Source of the DNA: Escherichia coli | GTDB taxonomy: Bacteria > Pseudomonadota > Gammaproteobacteria > Enterobacterales > Enterobacteriaceae | Length of the DNA: 40,620 nucleotides | Direction: 5' to 3' (one strand) | Assembly: GCA_026712415.1 (NCBI GenBank) | Contig: GCA_026712415.1_4696.1 | In this document: piece by piece, positions 18,031-28,134 of the stretch | Numbering within the stretch: position 1 is the first letter of the stretch | How the letters are laid out: every line of letters starts with the position of its first letter | Translations under genes and position numbers: made by a program | The notes under the pieces: generated by a model | What the model was told of the DNA's origin: nothing | Database searches by the model: none | Seen by the model: the letters and a program-made list of their open reading frames with translations, nothing else

Positions 18031-20201
18031 ACCGAGATAGCGTAGAACAGTATTACGTTGTGTTCACAGGACAGGCAGTCCGAGTGTTCGACCTCAATGG
18101 CAAAGAGTACACAGTGAAAGGTGACTTGAGCTACGTGAAGGTAGGAAACCCTCGTGACGACCTGCGAATGGTAACGGTGGCTGACTACACGTTTATCGTT
18201 AACCGAAACATGGTTGTGCGTGCCGATAAGACACCGCTCTATACTCTGAAAGAGAACGGAGACTGTTTGATTAACGTTCGTGGTGGACAGTATGGGAGAA
18301 CACTTGCATTCACAATAAACAACGTTCGCATTGAGTACAAGATTGCACAAGGTGACAAGCCTGAACATGTACAAGAGACCGATGCACAATGGCTCGTTAA
18401 GAAACTTGCAGGTCTTGCTCGTGCTCACGGCTCCTTCAAGGACTGGAGGTTCGACGAAGGGTCTGGCTTCATACACATAATCGCTCCGGGTAACAGTCAG
18501 ATTAACCAGTTGTCCACCGAGGATGGCTATGCTAACCAGTTGATGAACGCTGTAATGCACACAAGCCAGTCATTCAGTAAGTTGCCAATCGAGGCTCCTA
18601 ATGGGTACACTGTGAAGATTGTTGGTGGCACCTCTAAGACTTCCGACATGTTCTATGTCCAGTATGACAACGTTAAGAAAGTCTGGAAGGAAGTCGCCGG
18701 ATGGGGAGTTGAGAAGGGTCTCAATGGTGACACCATGCCACATGCTTTGGTACGCCAACCAGACGGCTCATTCACTATGCAATCCCTTCCGTGGTCACAG
18801 CGTACCTGTGGCGACATGGACACTAACCCTACTCCGTCTATTGTTGACCAGTCGATTAACGATGTGTTCTTCTTTCGTAACCGCTTAGGGTTCCTCGCTG
18901 GTGAGAACATTGTAATGTCCCGTACATCAAAGTATTTCTCACTGTTCCCTGCGTCCGTGGCTAACCTGTCCGACGATGACCCAATTGACGTGGCTGTGTC
19001 CCATAACCGAATCTCTATCCTGAAGTACGCTGTACCGTTCTCCGAAGAGTTGCTCCTATGGTCAGACCAAGCACAGTTCGTGTTGTCTGCTCAAGGTATC
19101 CTCTCACCGAAGTCAGTAGAGTTGAACCTCACGACAGAGTTCGATGTGTCAGACCGAGCGAGACCTTTTGGCGTTGGGCGTGGTGTGTACTTTGCGTCAC
19201 CTCGTGCTTCCTATACGTCACTTAACCGTTACTATGCGGTACAGGATGTTAGCTCCGTGAAGTCTGCTGAGGATATGAGTGCTCACGTTCCAAGTTACAT
19301 TCCGAACGGTGTGTTCTCCATTCGTGGCTCCGGTACTGAGAACTTTATCTCCGTGCTCTCTGCGAACGCTCCGAGTAAAATCTTCCTGTACAAATTCCTG
19401 TACCTCAACGAAGAGATTGCTCAACAGTCGTGGTCACATTGGGAACTTGGAAGTAACGTAACGGTTCTGGCTTGTGACTCTATCGGCTCAACGATGTACC
19501 TTGTGTTGCGCAACCAGTCCCACACTTGGATGTGCCGAGCACACTTTACGAAGAACTCCATTGACTTCAACGATGAACCATATCGGCTGTACATCGACAA
19601 CAAGATAAAGTATGTGATTCCTAAAGGTGCCTACAACGATGACACTTACACTACCACTGTGAAGCCTGTAGACATCTATGGGATGCAATATTGGACTGGT
19701 AGGTTCTACATTGTGGCCTCTGATGGTCTGGTCTCGTGGTTCGACCCTCCGCGTGGTGGTTGGCCTAATGGTGTCCCTGTGTTGTCAATGAGTGGGAACC
19801 GTGAGGATGAGACAATCTACGTTGGCTTGGCTATCAACTTCCGTTATGTGTTCTCTAAGTTCCTCATCAAGAAGACTGCTGATGATGGCTCGACAGCTAC
19901 CGAGGATATTGGGCGCTTGCAGTTACGCCGAGCGTGGGTGAACTATGAGGACTCTGGTGCATTCACTGTAGAAGTGGAGAACACCTCTCGACTGTTCAGC
20001 TATGACATGGCGGGTGCTCGCTTGGGTTCCAATGCGTTACGCTCTGGTGGGCTTAATGTTGGTACTGGTCAGTTCCGCTTCCCGGTCGCTGGCAACGCAC
20101 AGTTGAATGAAGTACGTATTATCTCTGACCATACTACGCCACTGAACGTTATTGGTTGTGGCTGGGAGGGTAACTACCTGCGTCGTTCTTCTGGTATCTA
20201 A
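17823..20201 (+). CDS. tail tubular protein B (gene 12); alternative in-frame start at 17508 would add a 105-aa N-terminal extension
   Basis: 792 aa from ATG 17823 (T7 gp12 recalled as 794 aa); MALISQSVKNLKGGISQQP and ...GCGWEGNYLRRSSGI match T7 gp12. An identical RBS/start at 17508 is created by the duplication. Confidence 0.9.
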   Translation: MALISQSVKNLKGGISQQPNISRFPEQGSEQINGWSSETEGLQKRPPFVFTKTIGDQNALGTKPLIHLINRDSVEQYYVVFTGQAVRVFDLNGKEYTVKGDLSYVKVGNPRDDLRMVTVADYTFIVNRNMVVRADKTPLYTLKENGDCLINVRGGQYGRTLAFTINNVRIEYKIAQGDKPEHVQETDAQWLVKKLAGLARAHGSFKDWRFDEGSGFIHIIAPGNSQINQLSTEDGYANQLMNAVMHTSQSFSKLPIEAPNGYTVKIVGGTSKTSDMFYVQYDNVKKVWKEVAGWGVEKGLNGDTMPHALVRQPDGSFTMQSLPWSQRTCGDMDTNPTPSIVDQSINDVFFFRNRLGFLAGENIVMSRTSKYFSLFPASVANLSDDDPIDVAVSHNRISILKYAVPFSEELLLWSDQAQFVLSAQGILSPKSVELNLTTEFDVSDRARPFGVGRGVYFASPRASYTSLNRYYAVQDVSSVKSAEDMSAHVPSYIPNGVFSIRGSGTENFISVLSANAPSKIFLYKFLYLNEEIAQQSWSHWELGSNVTVLACDSIGSTMYLVLRNQSHTWMCRAHFTKNSIDFNDEPYRLYIDNKIKYVIPKGAYNDDTYTTTVKPVDIYGMQYWTGRFYIVASDGLVSWFDPPRGGWPNGVPVLSMSGNREDETIYVGLAINFRYVFSKFLIKKTADDGSTATEDIGRLQLRRAWVNYEDSGAFTVEVENTSRLFSYDMAGARLGSNALRSGGLNVGTGQFRFPVAGNAQLNEVRIISDHTTPLNVIGCGWEGNYLRRSSGI

Positions 20202-20228
20202 ATGAAACACCCCGACTCAATTAGTGAA

Positions 20229-20251
20229 CAATACGACTCACTATTGGGGAG
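20229..20251 (+). promoter_or_regulatory. T7-type promoter (phi13-like)
   Basis: CAATACGACTCACTATTGGGGAG. Confidence 0.8.
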
Positions 20252-20277
20252 GGGTTTATACTTAAAGGAGAAACTCT

Positions 20278-20691
20278 ATGTTAATAATCAGACCTACTAA
20301 AGAATCAGACTTTGCTAGGTTCACTCCGTCACCTGAAGACATCGCTGAGGCACATGCCTACGGGATTGAACCATCATTTCCACCAGCTAACGAGTGTGTC
20401 ACTATGTCACTTCATGGTATGCCAGTAGCTATAGGCGGTAACTGTGGGGACCAAGTGTGGTTCGTAACGTCCGCTCGTGTGTGGAAACTAAGTATGAAGA
20501 CCCGAAGAGAGTTCCGAAAGCTCATTCTGGAGTATCGAGATACCATGCTCAAACAGTATCCGATTATCTGGAACTACGTTTGGGTCGGCAACAAGTCCCA
20601 CATTAGGTTCTTGAAGTCTATCGGTGCGGTGTTCCATAATGAGTTTACTGGTGACAGTAATCAATTCCAACTATTCACAATAGGAGGTTAA
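20278..20691 (+). CDS. internal virion protein gp13
   Basis: 137 aa at the gene 13 position (T7 138 aa). Confidence 0.85.
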   Translation: MLIIRPTKESDFARFTPSPEDIAEAHAYGIEPSFPPANECVTMSLHGMPVAIGGNCGDQVWFVTSARVWKLSMKTRREFRKLILEYRDTMLKQYPIIWNYVWVGNKSHIRFLKSIGAVFHNEFTGDSNQFQLFTIGG

Positions 20692-20693
20692 CT

Positions 20694-21299
20694 ATGTGCT
20701 GGATGGCTGCAATCCCTATCGCTATGCAAGGCGCTTCCATGATTATGGGAGGTATGCAGGGTGAACAGGCAAAGGCCGCACAGATTGACCAAGGTCGTCG
20801 CCAAAGTTGGCAGATGGTAAAGGAGATGAATTATAACGATGCTAATCTCAAGTTAGAATCGCGTGACCTCATTGACTCCACTGTACAGGAGATGACCCAA
20901 GCGAATATGAACCGTGTGAGAAACATGGGGACTATCCGAGCGGCAATCGGTGAAGGGATGCTTGAAGGTAACTCTATGGACCGCGTACAACGCGTTACCG
21001 AGGGTGACTTCCTTCGAGAGTCTCAAGGTCTCACTGAGAACTACCAACGTGACTATAGTGTCATCTTAGGGAAGCGTTTAGCTAACCACGAGAACACAGT
21101 GAGTCAGATTAAAGAAATCAACAACTCTGAGCCACGGCTTAAAGGCAAGCTGGAACAAATTATCGACCCATTAGGCTTAGGCTTAACGAAGCTGGTTGAT
21201 GTTGCAACTGCTGGTAGTCCTCTAACCAATAAGTTAGGTAAGAAGGCTGCTGCTAAGGTCAAGGCTTCAGATGCCAAGTCAACAGGCCAAGGTAAATAA
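20694..21299 (+). CDS. internal virion protein A (gene 14)
   Basis: MCWMAAIPIA...IRAAIGEGMLEGNSMDRVQRVTEG matches recalled T7 gp14. Confidence 0.9.
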   Translation: MCWMAAIPIAMQGASMIMGGMQGEQAKAAQIDQGRRQSWQMVKEMNYNDANLKLESRDLIDSTVQEMTQANMNRVRNMGTIRAAIGEGMLEGNSMDRVQRVTEGDFLRESQGLTENYQRDYSVILGKRLANHENTVSQIKEINNSEPRLKGKLEQIIDPLGLGLTKLVDVATAGSPLTNKLGKKAAAKVKASDAKSTGQGK

Positions 21300-21313
21300 A
21301 GGAGGTACAGTTT

Positions 21314-23593
21314 ATGAGTAAGTTAGCTCAAGCATTGGGTAGCATGAATGCTCCGACTACCAGTCGTCTGCGTGGCACTGGTCGTATGGAAGTTAAGGCC
21401 GCAGCAGTCTATGAAGACCCTAAGTATGCCAAGAAGTCCGCACTGATTGGGACTGTGGGTAAACTTGCTGAGATGGGTGCGGATGCCTATATGAAGTATG
21501 ACCAGCACCAGAAGGACAAGGCAGACGAACGCTCAAACGAGATTATTCGTAAGCTGACTCCTGAACAACGCCGAGAGGCCATTAAGAATGGAACCCTGTT
21601 ATATCAGGACGACCCATACGCAATGGAAGCACTTAAGGTGAAGACTGGTCGTAACGCTGCGTATCTCGTTGATGACGAGGTAGCACAGAAGGTTAAGAAC
21701 GGTGAGTTCCGAACCCGTCAAGAGATGGAAGAGTTTCGTCATAGTCGCCTACAGGAATCCGCTAAGAATTATGCTGAACAGTTTGGTATCGACGAGACCG
21801 ATGAGCACTACCAGAAGGGATTCAACTCTGACATCACCGAGCGTAACATTGCTCTCTATGGCGCTCATGATAACTTCCTGAGTGACCAAGCTAAGAAGGG
21901 TGCTGTCATCAACAGTCGCGTAGAGTTGAACTCCGTGTTGAACGACCCGGAAACCCTGCGCTCTCCGCATGCTGGTGAGTTCTTTGAGAACTACTTCAGT
22001 GCCGGATTGACTACAGGAAGTATCCCTAGTGATGACCAAGCGTTCACAATGATTAGCCAAGGTCTCTCTGACGTGGTTAACCGTGAGGGCGGTGGTCAGT
22101 TCCTGCAACAGATTGAGAACCGAAAGGTAAAACTGCATGGCAAGGAGACTACCTTCAAGGAACTGATGGGTGCCGAACAGTGGAACAATCTGATGGTTAA
22201 GGCTCAACATAATGAGTTCCAGTTGAATGCTAAGAAGACCGAGGCGTTCCAACTTAATGTGAACTCTGCGTTGAACCAAGAGAACGTGAACACTGGCTGG
22301 GAACAGTTGCAATCCATAAAAGCTGAACTGGACACACTGCAACCGGGCGAAGAGATGACACCTGAACGTCAGGCGTTAATCAATGCACAGACGCAGATGC
22401 AGGACAGGATGAAGCTGGAGACCGCTGAGTTAGCCAAGCAGATGGACAAGCAACAGAAGTCGATGAACAAGATGAACGTCATTGACGCACAGTTCCAGAA
22501 GCGGCTCAATGGTCAGTATGTGTCTACTGCGTATGGCGATATGCCTACCAACGAGAACACTGGTGAGTTCACCCATAGTGACATGGTTAACTATGCGAAC
22601 AAGAAGCTGGCTGACATTGACGCTATGGACATCCCTGATGCACAGAAGGACCGCATGAAGTTGGACTACCTCAAGGCTGACTCCGAGAAGGGCGCTTTCC
22701 GTACTGCGGTTGGTGAACTGATTGGTGACGCTGAGAAGGAATGGACGTCCGCTGTGATTAACGGGAAGATGCCAGAAGATGGTGGTGTGGCTCTTAATGC
22801 CCTGCGACGTGTTCGTAATGCTGACCCTGAGTTATTCGCTGCACTCTATCCTGATAAAGCCGAGATGTTCCTCACTATGGACATGATGGACAACCAAGGG
22901 ATTGACCCGCAGATTCTCTTAGATGCGGATAAGGCTCGTAAGTCTCTTACCAAAGAGATGCAGTACGAGGATGACAAGGCGTGGACTTCCCTGAAGAACA
23001 ACTCCGAGTCTCCTGAACTGTCCCGTATGCCAGCTACATTGGATGCAGGTGCTCGTAAGATTTATGACTCCGTTAAGTACCGCACAGGTAATGCTGATTC
23101 GGCAATGCAACAGGTCGATAAGTATCTCAAAGAGAACACAACGACTCTCACTGCTGATGACGTTGATGGTGATACCATTGGTGTCTTGACGAGAAACTCT
23201 TTGCGTGTGACTGATGACCCGGACTCTTGGAAACAAGGTAAGGACATTATCGACACAGCCGCTAAGAAACTCGCTGAGACTAACCCTTGGGTTACTAACA
23301 AGCAACTCATTGTGTTCGAGCGTGGTGACTCTATCTACCTGATGGACACGACCGGACAGGTAAACATTCGGTATGACAAGCAGTTGCTCTCTAAGATGTA
23401 TCAAGAGAACCAAGCGAAGCTGGATGAGGAAGCCCGTAATAAGGCACTCAAAGATGCCAACAAGCGAACCCTACATACACGAGCTATGAACCGCAAGCGT
23501 GAACGTGAAGCTAAGAAGCCTAAGCGCTCTGGCAGCATGTACGATAGCGTGAGTGGCAAAGGTATTCTGGATACGCTGACTGGTAAAGACTAA
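21314..23593 (+). CDS. internal virion protein B (gene 15)
   Basis: 759 aa; DERSNEIIRKLTPEQRREA...YQDDPYAMEALKVKTGRNAAYLVDDEV matches recalled T7 gp15. Confidence 0.93.
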   Translation: MSKLAQALGSMNAPTTSRLRGTGRMEVKAAAVYEDPKYAKKSALIGTVGKLAEMGADAYMKYDQHQKDKADERSNEIIRKLTPEQRREAIKNGTLLYQDDPYAMEALKVKTGRNAAYLVDDEVAQKVKNGEFRTRQEMEEFRHSRLQESAKNYAEQFGIDETDEHYQKGFNSDITERNIALYGAHDNFLSDQAKKGAVINSRVELNSVLNDPETLRSPHAGEFFENYFSAGLTTGSIPSDDQAFTMISQGLSDVVNREGGGQFLQQIENRKVKLHGKETTFKELMGAEQWNNLMVKAQHNEFQLNAKKTEAFQLNVNSALNQENVNTGWEQLQSIKAELDTLQPGEEMTPERQALINAQTQMQDRMKLETAELAKQMDKQQKSMNKMNVIDAQFQKRLNGQYVSTAYGDMPTNENTGEFTHSDMVNYANKKLADIDAMDIPDAQKDRMKLDYLKADSEKGAFRTAVGELIGDAEKEWTSAVINGKMPEDGGVALNALRRVRNADPELFAALYPDKAEMFLTMDMMDNQGIDPQILLDADKARKSLTKEMQYEDDKAWTSLKNNSESPELSRMPATLDAGARKIYDSVKYRTGNADSAMQQVDKYLKENTTTLTADDVDGDTIGVLTRNSLRVTDDPDSWKQGKDIIDTAAKKLAETNPWVTNKQLIVFERGDSIYLMDTTGQVNIRYDKQLLSKMYQENQAKLDEEARNKALKDANKRTLHTRAMNRKREREAKKPKRSGSMYDSVSGKGILDTLTGKD

Positions 23594-23616
23594 CAGACCA
23601 CGATAGGAGGTTCCAA

Positions 23617-26600
23617 GTGGATAAGTATAACCCGAACGAATCGCATGAATATGATGCGTTATTTCAACAAGCTGCTGACACACATGGAGTCTCCTATGGC
23701 CTTCTTCGGAAGGTCGGTTGGGTAGAGTCCCGCTTTAAACCTACGGCTCAATCACCAACAGGGCCACGAGGTGTCATGCAGTTCACTAAGGCAACTGGTC
23801 AGGCTTATGGTCTCCAGAACGATGAGGACTTCGCTGACCCGGCTAAGTCCATTGATGCTGGTGCTCGTTACCTTGCAGACCTCGTTAAGAAATACAATGG
23901 GGATGAACTTAAAGCTGCCCTAGCGTACAACCAAGGTGAAGGGAGCAACGGTAAGCCACAACTGGAAGCCTACGATTCTGGTAACTTTGCTGGCATCGGT
24001 GATGAAGGTCGTAACTATCTGCGTTCACTTCTGGATGTCGCTAAGTCACCTAAGAGTGGGGACATCGAGTCATTCGGTGGTATCACCCCAAAGGGTAAAG
24101 GGATTCCGTTTGATGCTGCGATGAGTGGTATCGGGAAGAAAGGAAAGGTAACAACTGAACTCCCTGAGTCTCACGAAATGTCCTTTCAAGGTAAAGAACA
24201 GGCCGCTCCCAATCAGCCGTTCGGAAAAGATTATTGGGAAGCCAAAGGTACAACTCTTGACGAAGCAAACGAGCGTTCAACCTTCTTCGGATTCGGTAGT
24301 GCTGCTGAAGCAGAACTCTCAAACTCAACCTTGGGTGTTGCCTTCCGTGCTGGTAAGCGTGACAATGGTTTTGATGTGCTCACTGATGTACTTCAACCGA
24401 CACGGTTTAACAGCCACATTTGGTCGCCTGAAGAACTCGATAAGATTCGCAAAGAAGTGAAGAACCCTGCGTACATGAACGTTGTGCTTGGTGGTTCCGC
24501 TGAGAACCTTGACGAGCTAATCAAGATGGCTAATGAGAACTTCGAGTTGGACTCTAAGGCTGCTGATGCGGGTCTAGGTGCCAAGCTGTCTGCTGGTCTT
24601 ATTGGTGCTGGTGTTGACCCGTTGACCTACGTTCCTATCGCTGGGACTGCGGCTAAAGGGTTCAAGCTGGTTAACAAGGCGTTGATTGTAGGTGCTCAAG
24701 CTGGTGCACTTAACGTTGCCTCTGAAGGTCTGCGTACATCGGTTGCTGGTGGTGATGCACATTATGCTGAAGCTGCCCTTGCTGGGATGTTACTGGCTGG
24801 TGGACTGACTTCTGTGGCAGATGGCGTTGCTGCGGGTCTCCGTAAGTCTGGTGCTGAACAGATTGAGAACCCCTTTGCTGCTGCACAGATGCGCTTTGAG
24901 ACTCGTGAGACTGCACGTAACACTGGTGGTTATGACGCAAGCCGTATGCCTCCTAGTGAAGACCGAGTGTTCTCACAGCACAACGGCGTTGAGTATGCAC
25001 CACTGGAAACTGAACCGGGTGCTGTAGTGTTGCGTGATGGTTCCATTATCAGTGACACAAACTTGGCTAACCCGATGACAGCCAAAGAGTTCGAAGAAGT
25101 AGACCCTGAACGTGCTGCGTGGGGCTTGCCTATGCGTGGATTGAGTGAAATCGGCTTGAGGACTTTACGTTCTGAACATGCTGAAATCCGTGGTCTCGCT
25201 AAGGACTTAGTGCGTTCACCTACAGGTATGGAGTCAGGCTCACATGGTAAGTTTGGTTCCACTACATCGGACATCATAGAGCGACTGCGCAGTCTCAATC
25301 ATCGAACCTACAATAACCTATATGGTGCAATGAAGGAAGCGATGGCTGACCCTGAGTGGTCTGTTGGTATGTTCAAGAGTGGTGCTCAAGGTGCCCGTCA
25401 ACAAATCTATCGTCGTACTAGTGAGGCTATCGAGAGACCTGAACTTCAGGCCAACTTGACCAAGGCAGAACGTAAGGTGATGGACATCGTGAAGGAACAC
25501 TATGACCTCAAGCGTGAGATGATGGAGAACCCGTCGATGTTCGGTAACAAGGCCACCTCTATCTTCCCTAACAGTCGTCACAAAGGGACTTACGTTCCTC
25601 ATGTGTACTCACGGGAAGCCAAGCAGTTGTACTCACAGGCTCTTGGGGGCACTGATGGTTTACAGGAAGCAGTTGCTGCAAGCCTGATGGCATCATATCA
25701 TGCACGCCCTGAAGTTAAGGCCCGTATTGATGAGATGCTGGCAGAGCAGTTACGGGTATCCAAACCAGCGGGTAAGACTGCGGGTACTACACCCAATAAG
25801 CCCTCTTCTGTCAACACAGCAAGTTACCAGATGAAACTGGACGATACAGCTACACAGGCAAGTGATAAGGTATTGGAACTAAAAGACGTCATGACCAACG
25901 CTGAGAAGCGAGTTGCGGACCGTGAAAGGAAACTCCAGAACTCCAAGGACAGACTGGCTTCGCATGAGGCTAAACTGAAGGAGTTGGAAGAAAAACTAGC
26001 TGCTAAACCTAATAGCAAAACCATTCCTGTTAAGATTGAGAGCCGGAAGCAGATGATTGAGACCCAGAAGTCTCGCATCCGTATTAACACAGAGCGTCTC
26101 GACTACATGAAAGGACAGGCTGCTAAGGTCCAAGACAGAATCACCAAAGCAACCGCCGAAGCTGAGGAAGCCGCCTCTGCTGCCAAAGGGCAGAAGACTA
26201 CTGGTGGCGGTGAAGACACTATCGTTGGTGAAGCCACATCGGGTAATGCACCTCAATCAGTACAAGAGGTGACTATGGATATGGTCGAGAAGTACGCTAT
26301 GGACAAGGCTTACGGTATTACGAAGACCGATGAGTTCAACTCTTCAAGTGTCATTGACGATAACATTGAGGGTCTCGTTGGGATTGAGAACAACTCATTC
26401 CTTGAAGCCCGTAACCTGTTTGATTCTGACGTGCCAATCACTCTACCGAACGGGCAACAGTTCTCTGTGAATGACCTCCGTGACTTCGATATGAAGCATG
26501 TGATGCCAGCATATGACCGCCGTGTTGATGGTGATATTGCTATCATGGGAGGCACAGGTAAGACTACTGCTGAACTCAAGGACGCTATTATGGCTCTTGA

Positions 26601-28062
26601 TAAGAAGTCTGAAGGTAAAGGTACAATGAAAGGTGAAGTGGAAGCACTTAAGGATGTCGTTAAGATTGTCACTGGTCGTGCTCGACGCAATCAGGATACT
26701 GTAGGTGACACTATGGTCCGTGCTCTGTCCGATATGTCCTTCTTCACGAAGAACGCATATATGGGCTTGCAGAACCTAACCGAAATCTCCGGTATGTTGC
26801 AGAAGGGTAATATCCGTGCGATGCTTCATGGCATTCCGGTACTGCGTGACTTAGCGTTCCGCAACAAGCCAGTCTCTGGTAGTGAACTCAAAGAACTCCA
26901 CTCTATGGTGTTCGGTAAAGAGTTTGATGACTTAGTCCGACCTACTCGTCAAGACATCATTCAGCGACTCCGTGAGTCCACTGATACACCTGATGTTGCC
27001 GCAAAGGTTGTTGGTTCTATCAAGCACACAACTCAAGAACTGGCGGCTCGCTCACCTCTCACCAAGTTCCTCAATGGTACGTCAAACTACCTTCTGGACA
27101 TGGCCCGACAGGGTGTGATGGGTGATGTGGTAACTCATGCTATCACTGGAAAGGGTGCCAACAAGTGGATTAAAGGTGACATGTTGAAGTCTGCGAGTAT
27201 CTCTAAGGAACAGTGGGAAGGCATTCAGGCTCTCATCCGTGAGAACGTTACCCGTGGGGAAGATGGTAAGTTTACCTTCAAGGATAAGAAGGCTCTGGCT
27301 AATGACCCTCGTGCTATGGACTTGTGGCGTTTGGCTGACAAGGTTGCTGATGAAACGATGCTTCGACCTCATAAGGTTTCCTTACAGGATTCCCATGCGT
27401 TTGGTGCCACCGCTAAGTTAGTCCTTCAGTTTAAGTCGTTTGTCATCAAGTCGATGAACTCTAAGTTTATCCGCTCCGGTCACGAAGCCTTTAAGAACCA
27501 GCGTGCTATGGACATGGCGCTGACCTATGCAATCTCTGGTGGTATCGCTGGCTCCTACTATGTGGCACAGGCCCACTTGAAGGCTGCTGGTCTTCCTAAA
27601 GAGCAACAGAAGGATTACTTGAAGAAAGCTCTCGACCCGAAGATGATTGCCTACGCTGCGGCCTCCCGAAGTTCACACTTAGGGTCGCCTCTGAGTATCG
27701 CTAACTTCGCTATGGGTGCTGCTGGTTACGACCAAGGTCTTATGGTTCGCTCTACGATTCTACCGAAAGGTGATGACAAGCGTGAGCGCAACAAGGCGGT
27801 GACTTCTCGTGACATGGGTGATTCCATTATGGGCGCTATTGGTGAACAGGTTCCTGCTCTTGGCTTCGCTGGTGCTGCTCTAGCTACTGGTCGAAATGCT
27901 TATGGTGTCCTTACGGCTCCTAACAAACCGACCGAGCGTGAGATGATGACTGGCTTAATGAATGCTCACCGAGAGATGATTCCTAACGATCCAATCTCTC
28001 AACAGATGCTCATTAAGTTCTATGAGGCCAACGGTGTTCACATTAAGGCTGACAAGAAGTAA
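23617..28062 (+). CDS. internal virion protein D with N-terminal lytic transglycosylase domain (gene 16); GTG start
   Basis: 1481 aa; SLT-like N-terminus (VMQFTKATGQAYGL) and colinear identity to recalled T7 gp16, except a ~170-aa coiled-coil segment with no T7 counterpart. Confidence 0.93.
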   Translation: MDKYNPNESHEYDALFQQAADTHGVSYGLLRKVGWVESRFKPTAQSPTGPRGVMQFTKATGQAYGLQNDEDFADPAKSIDAGARYLADLVKKYNGDELKAALAYNQGEGSNGKPQLEAYDSGNFAGIGDEGRNYLRSLLDVAKSPKSGDIESFGGITPKGKGIPFDAAMSGIGKKGKVTTELPESHEMSFQGKEQAAPNQPFGKDYWEAKGTTLDEANERSTFFGFGSAAEAELSNSTLGVAFRAGKRDNGFDVLTDVLQPTRFNSHIWSPEELDKIRKEVKNPAYMNVVLGGSAENLDELIKMANENFELDSKAADAGLGAKLSAGLIGAGVDPLTYVPIAGTAAKGFKLVNKALIVGAQAGALNVASEGLRTSVAGGDAHYAEAALAGMLLAGGLTSVADGVAAGLRKSGAEQIENPFAAAQMRFETRETARNTGGYDASRMPPSEDRVFSQHNGVEYAPLETEPGAVVLRDGSIISDTNLANPMTAKEFEEVDPERAAWGLPMRGLSEIGLRTLRSEHAEIRGLAKDLVRSPTGMESGSHGKFGSTTSDIIERLRSLNHRTYNNLYGAMKEAMADPEWSVGMFKSGAQGARQQIYRRTSEAIERPELQANLTKAERKVMDIVKEHYDLKREMMENPSMFGNKATSIFPNSRHKGTYVPHVYSREAKQLYSQALGGTDGLQEAVAASLMASYHARPEVKARIDEMLAEQLRVSKPAGKTAGTTPNKPSSVNTASYQMKLDDTATQASDKVLELKDVMTNAEKRVADRERKLQNSKDRLASHEAKLKELEEKLAAKPNSKTIPVKIESRKQMIETQKSRIRINTERLDYMKGQAAKVQDRITKATAEAEEAASAAKGQKTTGGGEDTIVGEATSGNAPQSVQEVTMDMVEKYAMDKAYGITKTDEFNSSSVIDDNIEGLVGIENNSFLEARNLFDSDVPITLPNGQQFSVNDLRDFDMKHVMPAYDRRVDGDIAIMGGTGKTTAELKDAIMALDKKSEGKGTMKGEVEALKDVVKIVTGRARRNQDTVGDTMVRALSDMSFFTKNAYMGLQNLTEISGMLQKGNIRAMLHGIPVLRDLAFRNKPVSGSELKELHSMVFGKEFDDLVRPTRQDIIQRLRESTDTPDVAAKVVGSIKHTTQELAARSPLTKFLNGTSNYLLDMARQGVMGDVVTHAITGKGANKWIKGDMLKSASISKEQWEGIQALIRENVTRGEDGKFTFKDKKALANDPRAMDLWRLADKVADETMLRPHKVSLQDSHAFGATAKLVLQFKSFVIKSMNSKFIRSGHEAFKNQRAMDMALTYAISGGIAGSYYVAQAHLKAAGLPKEQQKDYLKKALDPKMIAYAAASRSSHLGSPLSIANFAMGAAGYDQGLMVRSTILPKGDDKRERNKAVTSRDMGDSIMGAIGEQVPALGFAGAALATGRNAYGVLTAPNKPTEREMMTGLMNAHREMIPNDPISQQMLIKFYEANGVHIKADKK

Positions 28063-28063
28063 A

Positions 28064-28086
28064 CAATACGACTCACTATTGGGAAG
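28064..28086 (+). promoter_or_regulatory. T7-type promoter (phi17-like)
   Basis: CAATACGACTCACTATTGGGAAG; transcript 5' hairpin GGGAAG...CTTCCC. Confidence 0.8.
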
Positions 28087-28134
28087 GCTCTCACAGCTTC
28101 CCTCCTATTATATCTAACCGAAAGGAGGCTACAG

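Noticed and set aside
17352-20201. 949-aa ORF as listed in the ORF track.
   Set aside because: Its first ~52 codons are an alternative frame inside gene 11. The real gp12 starts at an RBS-preceded ATG, either 17823 or 17508; the extra length comes from the tandem duplication.
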